DNA from: a virus | Direction: 5' to 3' (one strand) | Length of the DNA: 64,000 nt | Virus record (IMG/VR): IMGVR_UViG_3300045988_161801 | Location: 2,506-66,505 of that record | Made by a program: the position numbers and the translations under genes | Part shown: one piece after another, positions 18,717-25,419 of the stretch | Position numbering within the stretch: the stretch's first letter is position 1 | Layout: every line of letters begins with the position of its first letter | Notes under the pieces: model-generated | Databases searched by the model: none | Told to the model about the DNA's origin: nothing | What the model saw: the letters and a program-made list of their open reading frames with translations, nothing else

Positions 18717-19931
18717 TCAAATCACTTTTCTCATACTTATCACCTTGCCTTGGGGTTCTGGTTTCGTCACGAGATCAACAACCCTTCTATTTGCCTCGTC
18801 TATCTTGCCTTGATCGAATTCTATGTACACCCATGTAACGCTATCCCCCTCTTCCTCGTGTCCCAAGGCGGCACCGATCGTGTCCTTGCTAACGCCTATT
18901 TTATGCGCTATCGTGGCCCACGTGTGACGGCACCAGTACTGCGTGAGCTGGGGTAACGAAACCTTGTCCCTCAAGTCGTGGATCGCCTCGTTCATGGCGT
19001 TGTAAAATGACCCGTAGGAGCTGTATTTTTCGCACCACGATAATAATTTTTTCTCCCCCCTGTTGGCGTTAATAATTTTCATGGCGGGTTCAAGAACCTC
19101 GATACTGTACAGTCTTCTCGTTTTCTCCCTCTTGTACTTGATTCTTCCGTCCTCGATAGATGTCAAGTTGTACAGGTCCACGGAATTTATACCGATCAAG
19201 TAAAAACATAACATGAAATAATCCCTGGCCATGGCTACCTTCTCGTCCGTGGTTTCGAGGTTTTTTATCTTTCTCAAGTCCTCCATGGAAATGTTTCTTT
19301 TTATCGTTTTCTCCGTTTTTACCTGGAAGTCATCGAACGGGTATATGTCTTTACTTATGATCTTCTCTTTTTTGGCGGAGTTGAACGCGGACCTGATACA
19401 AGACATTATGGGCCTTCTCCCGTTAAGAGCGGGAGTCCCGTTTTTCGACAAGAATAAATCGAATTTCACCAGCCACTCGTAAGTGATGTCCTCGAATAGT
19501 AATATTTTCCCGTTCGTGAAAGCCTTGATCCTGGCTTGGGTGGTCTCGTATTTTATCCTGGTGTTTTTCTTGTCGAACCGGTTCTTGTACTCTTCCATGT
19601 AAGATGTGAATGTTTTCCTGGAATACACGTCTTTCTTGCTATCCTCGTAAGCGTATTTCACGTCTCTCGCTGACAACAGGGATAGTCTTCCGGTTTCCTC
19701 TAGCGATCGCACGAACATTCTAATATCGTTCACGATCTTGTCCAGGGACAGGTTTAACCTCTTGTAATCTGGCTTACGGTTCGTGAATTTGTCGTTTCCC
19801 CACTCTTCACCGGTCGCGTACAGCGATGTCGAGATCATGGAATTACTTCCCTTGTGGGTTATCAGTACCTTGACGGGGTATTTCTCCACGTTCTTTTTTC
19901 TTTTGTCCAGGTATAATTTTACAGATGCCAT
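18717..19931 (-). CDS. int: tyrosine integrase with Arm-type N-terminal domain
   Basis: N-terminus MASVKLYLDKRKKNVEKYPVKVLITHKGS is a Bacteroidales Arm-binding type. C-terminus has CRHTWATIAHKIGVSKDTIGAALGHEEEGDSVTWVYIE (HxxR ... Y catalytic region). Confidence 0.9.
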   Translation of the reverse strand: MASVKLYLDKRKKNVEKYPVKVLITHKGSNSMISTSLYATGEEWGNDKFTNRKPDYKRLNLSLDKIVNDIRMFVRSLEETGRLSLLSARDVKYAYEDSKKDVYSRKTFTSYMEEYKNRFDKKNTRIKYETTQARIKAFTNGKILLFEDITYEWLVKFDLFLSKNGTPALNGRRPIMSCIRSAFNSAKKEKIISKDIYPFDDFQVKTEKTIKRNISMEDLRKIKNLETTDEKVAMARDYFMLCFYLIGINSVDLYNLTSIEDGRIKYKREKTRRLYSIEVLEPAMKIINANRGEKKLLSWCEKYSSYGSFYNAMNEAIHDLRDKVSLPQLTQYWCRHTWATIAHKIGVSKDTIGAALGHEEEGDSVTWVYIEFDQGKIDEANRRVVDLVTKPEPQGKVISMRKVI

Positions 19932-20135
19932 GTTATTAGATTTATTTAACTATTACGTACGATTTGAAGGCTTGAAATGTTACCTTTTTAACACTTAAAA
20001 TTGAAAAAAAAATCGGTCTAGTTAAAATCGTCCTGTTTTTTAGGTTCACTTATTTTTCACTTTTTGTGGATTAAAAGTACCATTATATGCCACTATTTTC
20101 ACTTAAATGTTCACTTTTATGGACGTTTCAAGGAA

Positions 20136-20185
20136 TAAAAAAATCCCTTGAATCGATCTTGTAACTAATTCAATTCAAGGGATTT
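20136..20185 (-). terminator. intrinsic terminator just 3' of the tRNA-like segment
   Basis: 13-bp stem aaatcccttgaat/attcaagggattt, followed on the - strand by a T-run (A-run 20136-20143 on the + strand). Confidence 0.6.
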
Positions 20186-20189
20186 ATCT

Positions 20190-20249
20190 TGCGGAAAGAG
20201 GGGGATTCGAACCCCCGAATCCCTTTAGAGGATTACACGCTTTCCAGAA
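20190..20249 (-). other. att core: 3' ~58 nt of a tRNA-Ser(GGA)-like gene (anticodon loop to acceptor end), not a complete tRNA
   Basis: The - strand reads ctggaaa-gcgtg-taatcctctaaagggattc-ggggg-ttcgaat-ccccc-tctttcc-g. This spans anticodon loop, long variable arm, T-arm and acceptor 3' strand. No 5' half is present upstream. Confidence 0.65.
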
Positions 20250-20356
20250 GTTTATTCTTGCATTGAATATTATTGATTACCAGTGTGTTATAAAATTATT
20301 TGTTTTTGTTTCAATTTGGGTTCACTTTTTAATTTCATTTAAATGTCAAAATATGC

Positions 20357-20755
20357 TCACAAAAAACGTTTTATCTCGATCTCTTTATCTCTTATTCGTA
20401 TATGAAATATATCCGTGATAATTTCTTCGTCTTTACACTTGAAACCATTTTCTGCTAGCTTTTCCATCGTGACCTTTTTTATCTCGTCCTTGTTCTTGTA
20501 ATCCCATCCTCCAATAAATCCGAATTCATTCACGGGATGGTATATCTCCCCGATTTCTTTTTCCACTTCCGATTCTTTTATGGCTCGTAAACAATCGAAA
20601 TAGACTCTGGCGATATAAATTATGTCTCCCGCATTTTCCTTGCTTAAAACAACGGGGTTCGTGTTTCCTGTTGATCTTTTTTTGAGTTCCTCGTTAAACT
20701 TGTGCCTGTAACTATTTAACGTCATGTTCGCTGCCCTGTTTGTCCAATCTATCAT
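20357..20755 (-). CDS. hypothetical protein
   Basis: 132-aa ORF, the last of a - strand run of small genes. Confidence 0.5.
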   Translation of the reverse strand: MIDWTNRAANMTLNSYRHKFNEELKKRSTGNTNPVVLSKENAGDIIYIARVYFDCLRAIKESEVEKEIGEIYHPVNEFGFIGGWDYKNKDEIKKVTMEKLAENGFKCKDEEIITDIFHIRIRDKEIEIKRFL

Positions 20756-20888
20756 AACAGTATTATTTTAAATTTCAAATATAATAATTTTCTTTTTTCT
20801 TACCCCCGGGAGCGTGAAAACTCCCGGGACGCTCCCGGCTTAAAATACTTTTTAATGTCGCCGGGACGACTTACAACAGGGGTGGTAT

Positions 20889-21089
20889 TTAGCTATTATA
20901 CCCCCTTTGTTTGAAATAATCGTCGCACAAGGATAACTCTATTACGTGGTGTTCATTCACCCTTATAAATCCTTTTTCTTTTAGGCTATCAATAGCATTT
21001 CGTACACGGTTATTCATTTTAATATTTGTTCCGTTTATTATTGATAACAATAATTCTGTTTCTGTTTGATTAAGTTTATTTAATGTCAT
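20889..21089 (-). CDS. hypothetical small protein (possible winged-helix)
   Basis: 66 aa. ..RVRNAIDSLKEKGFIRV.. resembles a wHTH recognition segment. Weak evidence. Confidence 0.4.
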   Translation of the reverse strand: MTLNKLNQTETELLLSIINGTNIKMNNRVRNAIDSLKEKGFIRVNEHHVIELSLCDDYFKQRGYNS

Positions 21090-21110
21090 ATTTTAATTGT
21101 TATTATTATT

Positions 21111-21153
21111 TGTCCCCGCCCGGGAATCGAACCGGGGCGTAAACCGTTCGGGG
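21111..21153 (-). ncRNA. tRNA-like acceptor/T-arm minihelix (no D or anticodon arm)
   Basis: The - strand reads ccccg-aacggtttacg-cccgg-ttcgattc-ccggg-cgggg-aca. Folded by hand. Confidence 0.35.
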
Positions 21154-21166
21154 TTAAAAATCACAT

Positions 21167-21373
21167 TCAACACTTGTCTAACTCTTTTTCTAGTTCTTCC
21201 CTGTCAACCTCAGGGAAAGCGTTTAACACGATTTCAAGGGATTTACAATAATTGCCGCTAAACTCTGTCGTGTCCATTAACCGTAAAACCATAGTACATG
21301 GTAGGCTCTTGTAATTGTTCCCGCTCTCTATCTTGTAGCGCAACAAGTTTCTTTTATCTATAATTATTTCCAT
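21167..21373 (-). CDS. hypothetical small protein
   Basis: 68-aa ORF. Confidence 0.45.
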   Translation of the reverse strand: MEIIIDKRNLLRYKIESGNNYKSLPCTMVLRLMDTTEFSGNYCKSLEIVLNAFPEVDREELEKELDKC

Positions 21374-21410
21374 AGTGTGATTAATATTTTATTTATGTGT
21401 TTATCTTGAA

Positions 21411-21587
21411 TTAAAAATTGCACGGTGCTACATACATACAATAGTGAGCCGCTTTTTTCAAGCTGTAATCACTTCGATAGGCCACGTAATAATTATACGT
21501 CTTGTTTATTCTCCTCGTGGCTTCTGATTCGTTGCAACCCATTTTCACGGCTGCTTTAATCAATTGTTCCTTGGTATACTTTTTCAT
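21411..21587 (-). CDS. hypothetical small protein (58 aa, below the ORF-track cut-off)
   Basis: ATG at 21587 and TAA at 21413-21411. Translation MKKYTKEQLIKAAVKMGCNESEATRRINKTYNYYVAYRSDYSLKKAAHYCMYVAPCNF. It fills the gap between neighbouring - strand genes. Confidence 0.4.
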   Translation of the reverse strand: MKKYTKEQLIKAAVKMGCNESEATRRINKTYNYYVAYRSDYSLKKAAHYCMYVAPCNF

Positions 21588-21593
21588 AGCACG

Positions 21594-21836
21594 TTAATTG
21601 TTAAATAAATAATTACCAATCTTACGACCCGTTTTTGAAAAAATTTGATAAAATAATCCGCCTTGGGATTTGAAAATCTTGTGCGCCTTGTTAGAAGCAC
21701 TTCGCGGGTTGCTCGCCTTGATGACAAAATGACCGTTGTTAACTAATTCGTTTTTGATGTTCAACACTGAAATGTAATACGTTTTCATGATACTGTAATT
21801 TAATCGTTCGTTTTTTTTGATCGTTACAGCGTTCAT
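21594..21836 (-). CDS. hypothetical small protein (first gene of the - strand run)
   Basis: 80-aa ORF. Confidence 0.45.
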   Translation of the reverse strand: MNAVTIKKNERLNYSIMKTYYISVLNIKNELVNNGHFVIKASNPRSASNKAHKIFKSQGGLFYQIFSKTGRKIGNYLFNN

Positions 21837-21850
21837 TTAACACGAAATAT

Positions 21851-21916
21851 TTTGCGGGTGCCAGGGATTTAAATACCTTTGTCGTGGTTGGTGACTTGGG
21901 TATTTATTCCCTGGCA
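21851..21916 (+). promoter_or_regulatory. promoter (TTTG / TAccTTTG) embedded in an 18-19-bp imperfect inverted repeat (operator candidate)
   Basis: TTTG at 21851-21854 and TACCTTTG at 21874-21881. IR arms are tgccagggatttaaatacc (21859-21877) and ggtatttattccctggca (21899-21916). Confidence 0.45.
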
Positions 21917-21958
21917 TCCTCGGGGGTTATCTTGTTGCTAGCTTGATAACCCCTTTTT
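21888..21958 (+). ncRNA. candidate ~65-70-nt small RNA ending at an intrinsic terminator
   Basis: Terminator ggggttatc/gataacccc (21923-21953) plus T5. No + strand ORF is present. It would be antisense to the 5' leader of the - strand operon. Confidence 0.35.
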
Positions 21959-22283
21959 CACTCCATGATTTAAAGAACGTCTTTTTGTTATTTCCTTTTT
22001 TCTATACTTAAAGATACAACAATACCGGAAAATAACAAAATATTTTGATGTTTATTTGCTTGTAATCAAAGTGTTATGTGATTTCATTTGACGATAAAAC
22101 GATATTGTAAACATATAACGCTATAAATGCCGCCCTTCGCACCGTTTTTTCACGAGCAAGACCCGGAACGATCAAAAAAAATAATCGATATAAGACCATA
22201 TATGAAAGGATTATTGTTTAGAATAATTCTAAATTATTTGTACCTTTGAAAAAACAATTAAAAACACGTCATTTTTTTAGATC

Positions 22284-22733
22284 ATGCCGAGAAAAAAAAG
22301 AGATCAGAATATTATCACGGATATTGAAAAAGCGTTTGCAATACTCGTGATGTCTAAAGAGTTTACAATGTCAAAAGCGTACATGATCACGCATCCAGAT
22401 AATAAACAGGAACACGCTGCGATGTATTCTAATAGAATTTGGAACACGCCAAGAGTACAAGAGTTCACGAAAAAGAAGGAAGAAGAAAGAAAAGGGTTTA
22501 AGATCGAAAAAGGGGATGAGGATAAATACAACATCGAAAAAGAGGATCTAATTGTCTCTTTGTCTAAAATGTTTAAGGAGGTGACAGATCCTAAACTAAA
22601 GGCCGAAATCGGGATGAAAATTGCAGACCTTAAAGATTTTAAAAAGGAACAGTCAGATAAGGCAAAGCAAATGCATTATTATTTACAAGTTAAATGTGAA
22701 TCATGCCCATTTAAAAGTAAAAAAGTGAACTAA
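22284..22733 (+). CDS. terminase small subunit-like protein
   Basis: The N-terminal ~65 aa (..IEKAFAILVMSKEFTMSKAYMITHPDNKQEHAAMYSNRIWNTPRVQEF..) fits the HTH-plus-'A..A.RL..N..V' pattern of P27/Terminase_2-type TerS. Charged C-terminus. Recalled from memory, not searched. Confidence 0.45.
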   Translation: MPRKKRDQNIITDIEKAFAILVMSKEFTMSKAYMITHPDNKQEHAAMYSNRIWNTPRVQEFTKKKEEERKGFKIEKGDEDKYNIEKEDLIVSLSKMFKEVTDPKLKAEIGMKIADLKDFKKEQSDKAKQMHYYLQVKCESCPFKSKKVN

Positions 22734-22739
22734 ATACAT

Positions 22740-23460
22740 ATAACATTGCATTTGATGTTGTACGATATTGATTATTAGTGTGTTGATTATAAATATTGTA
22801 CGCTTGGTAGGCGTGTTATTATTGTTTGGTAGGTGTCGTGCTTGTTGGTGGGGTGCAGGGATGGGGTGGAGGGGGGAAGGCTATACCCATCTAGGTGGTG
22901 CGTGAGTATCGAGAAATTTTTTATTTTATTTTTTTTGATTCTCTCATTCGTTTTTAGGCTTGTTGTCTTCTTTATTGCAAGAACAATTTTATTTCGATAG
23001 CTAACACCAATAAAATTTTACGCTGTCTTATTTTTGATATTTGAGGTCTTATTTTTGATTCATGTTTTCGAGGTTTTATATTGTATTCATGTTTTATCGA
23101 GTTTGTCGTTATATTTATTCAGTCTATTTTAATTTCTAGTTGATTAATTTACTAGTTATCATGATATTTTCAAGCTAATTTATTGATTAATATATAACTA
23201 TTTATTCTGTATTTGTTCTTGTTTCTCTCTTTAACGATACACGTAATTATATTTTGAAAAGTAAATATTAGTAAAAATATCTACTGGTAATCAGTAATAT
23301 AAGTGTTTTAATTGTTATTTGTTTTTACCAATAGGGGGTATAAAAGTCAAAAAATGCCATGCCAAAAACGGGTTTTGAGAACGTATTTTTGTGCGAAAAT
23401 GGTATTTAAAATGGCTTATTTGGACAATATTATCCAAAAACTTGTATTAAAAGATATATT
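22740..23460. other. ORF-free ori-like tract: G-run block, 21-bp iterons, AT-rich DNA
   Basis: G-runs at 22850-22876, gtcttatttttgat twice (23025 and 23046), attcatgtttt twice and TTGGTAGG(C/T)GT twice. The rest is very AT-rich. Lies directly upstream of the primase-helicase operon. Confidence 0.45.
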
Positions 23461-23545
23461 TCGTACCTTTGTTTTGTCAATAAAGGCGTTCTAAAGTGCC
23501 GTTTTTGGCTAAAATCGCTTTTTGAACATAAAAATTTGGCAATGT

Positions 23546-23959
23546 ATGAGTAGGAATAACGATATACATGAGTTTAACCCGGTGATCTATCCTTTTAGAT
23601 TGTGGGTCGGGATAAATCCTTCTTTCGGTTCCGTGTCTGAACGTTTTTACACCTTGACTCCTTCAATGGAAAGGATTGATTTTACACGTGACATATATCA
23701 TGGTAGCAGGTTCGCTATAGCATCTACTTTTCCTGTATGCGACAAAGTAGGTGGATGGATCGGGACATTTATACCGATATATAGACCTTCCATGTTAACC
23801 GTTGGCACTATCGCTCATGAGGCGAGTCATTGCACGGATTTCATGTGCGATCAATTTGGAGTAGCTGGTTTTAATTTTAATGATGGTGAGGCTAGGGCTT
23901 ATTTCACAGAGTGGGTTGCTAATTGTATCAACAAGGTAAAAACGGGTAAATTAAAATAA
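23546..23959 (+). CDS. small HExxH putative zinc metallopeptidase
   Basis: TIAHEASHCTDFMCDQFG contains HExxH. Paralogous to 40764-41210 (SFSHELRHFTDHVAKAFG). The ATG at 23546 is preferred to the TTG at 23522. A TAccTTTG box lies at 23464-23471. Confidence 0.5.
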   Translation: MSRNNDIHEFNPVIYPFRLWVGINPSFGSVSERFYTLTPSMERIDFTRDIYHGSRFAIASTFPVCDKVGGWIGTFIPIYRPSMLTVGTIAHEASHCTDFMCDQFGVAGFNFNDGEARAYFTEWVANCINKVKTGKLK

Positions 23960-23961
23960 TT

Positions 23962-25317
23962 ATGTCCAAGATAGGAACATCGTTAAAAAGGAGCGTTTTG
24001 CGAAACAGGAAACTGTTTCAAAAATTCCAAGAATCTTTGACTAAATCATCCGAACGAGAGCGAGTGGGAGGGTATGGTTCAGTGTTGAAGCAAGTGATAC
24101 GTAAATCCTCTATTTCATGTTATAGCGGGGACGTGTTTTATTTTGATGGAGCTATATACAAGAAAATACTGTTGAGCGAACTGGATTCTTGTATTTTAAA
24201 CGTTTTGGAGGAACTCGGGGTATCGGATGCTGACCTTGTAAATTCCAGGTCTAAAATATTGAAAACTGCTCACGATGGTTTCTCCGGGAAGTTATTTACC
24301 CCGGACTCCAGGAGAATGTGTTTTAATAATTGTGTACTAGATCTTGATTCTTTTAGCACCTTTAATTTCAGCAGTAAATACAAGGTGATTTACAGGATCG
24401 ATTATGACTTTAGCCTGGATAACAAGAGTGTTGATTTGTGGATGAAATTTTTGGACAGGAGCCTACCGGACAAGCAAGTACAGAACGTGTTACAGGAAGC
24501 CATGGGGAGTATTCTAGTCAGGAAAAACACGCACAAGCAAGAAAAAATATTTTGCTTGTGGGGATTCGGGCAGAACGGTAAAAGTGTTATTCAAGAAACT
24601 TTAAGGGGAATCCTCGGGGGTAATAACAATTACTTTAGTGCTATCGCCATGAAAGACTTGATTAGCGAGAGTACCGGTCATTTTAACGTTGATCGAATTG
24701 TCGGTAAACTGGTTAATTTTTGCTCGGACATGAGTGCTAAAATGTTCGACTCTGAAACGGCGAAGATAATTATTAGCAGGGAAACCGTGCTTGCATCTCG
24801 AAAAAACAAGACCCCTTACGAGACTGATGATTTACCGGTACAATTTTGTTGCCTCAACAAATTACCGGAGACCAGGGATTTTGCCGAGGGGAGGAGGGTC
24901 ATGGTGATACCGTTTTACACTTCAATACCTGGCAACGAGGTTGACCCGTCCTTGTGTAACAAGTTAAGAAAGGAGTATCCCGGGATATTAAACTGGATGA
25001 TCTCGGGAGCTAAAAGGTATATTAAAAACGGGTACAAGTTTTCTTCTTGTCCCGCTATTGATAACGTGTTCATGGAGTACAAGAAAATAACGAGTCCTCC
25101 CGTTAATTTCATGTTGTCGGCAGGTTGGACCCCTAACCCTGAAAGCTATATTAAAGACCCGGACAAGAAAATAACCCCTCTTGCTCTTTATAACGAATAC
25201 GTTGATTTTTGCAACAGGACTAATATTGAAGACGTGGGAGAACGACGTTTTTACAAGGAAATACTTAAAGCAGGATACCGCAAAAGTGGTCAAGATTACG
25301 TTCTTTATTCTCGATAA
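23962..25317 (+). CDS. P4/D5-family primase-helicase (NTPase) protein
   Basis: Walker A CLWGFGQNGKSV and a downstream ..LVNFCSD.. (Walker B-like). The 451-aa size and layout match the phage/plasmid primase P4-family C-terminal domain. Confidence 0.7.
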   Translation: MSKIGTSLKRSVLRNRKLFQKFQESLTKSSERERVGGYGSVLKQVIRKSSISCYSGDVFYFDGAIYKKILLSELDSCILNVLEELGVSDADLVNSRSKILKTAHDGFSGKLFTPDSRRMCFNNCVLDLDSFSTFNFSSKYKVIYRIDYDFSLDNKSVDLWMKFLDRSLPDKQVQNVLQEAMGSILVRKNTHKQEKIFCLWGFGQNGKSVIQETLRGILGGNNNYFSAIAMKDLISESTGHFNVDRIVGKLVNFCSDMSAKMFDSETAKIIISRETVLASRKNKTPYETDDLPVQFCCLNKLPETRDFAEGRRVMVIPFYTSIPGNEVDPSLCNKLRKEYPGILNWMISGAKRYIKNGYKFSSCPAIDNVFMEYKKITSPPVNFMLSAGWTPNPESYIKDPDKKITPLALYNEYVDFCNRTNIEDVGERRFYKEILKAGYRKSGQDYVLYSR

Positions 25318-25344
25318 TTATTTGGAATAATTCTAAATAATAAA

Positions 25345-25411
25345 TATATTTGCGTAATACAACAGAGGCGAACCGCCCGTTACACTAGATGTTAGTGTGG
25401 CGGGCTTTTTT
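25345..25411 (+). promoter_or_regulatory. third late leader: TAtaTTTG box, conserved AGAGGCGAACCGCCCGT, intrinsic terminator
   Basis: The -7 box is at 25345-25352 and the conserved box at 25364-25380. Hairpin gcccgttacacta/tagtgtggcgggc spans 25375-25405 and T6 spans 25406-25411. Confidence 0.55.
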
Positions 25412-25419
25412 ATTTGGCT

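Larger units (their letters stand above)
20045..20327 (+). repeat. five direct TTCACTT repeats flanking the att core (arm-type site candidates)
   Basis: Copies at 20045, 20056, 20098 and 20110 on the int-proximal side and at 20321 on the distal side. Confidence 0.5.
17934..25413. mobile_element. candidate nested integrative replicon / satellite-like module (hypothesis)
   Basis: The block carries higBA, int, an att-like site, five small ORFs, a TerS-like ORF, an ori-like tract, an HExxH ORF and a P4/D5 primase-helicase. It lies between the TMP side and the Dit/Tal side of the tail operon. No flanking direct repeats were found by eye. Confidence 0.35.

Noticed and set aside
20190-20249. Possible complete tRNA-Ser gene
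   Set aside because: Only the anticodon-loop-to-3'-end portion is present. The sequence upstream has no D-arm or complementary 5' acceptor/anticodon-stem strands. It is interpreted as an att core.
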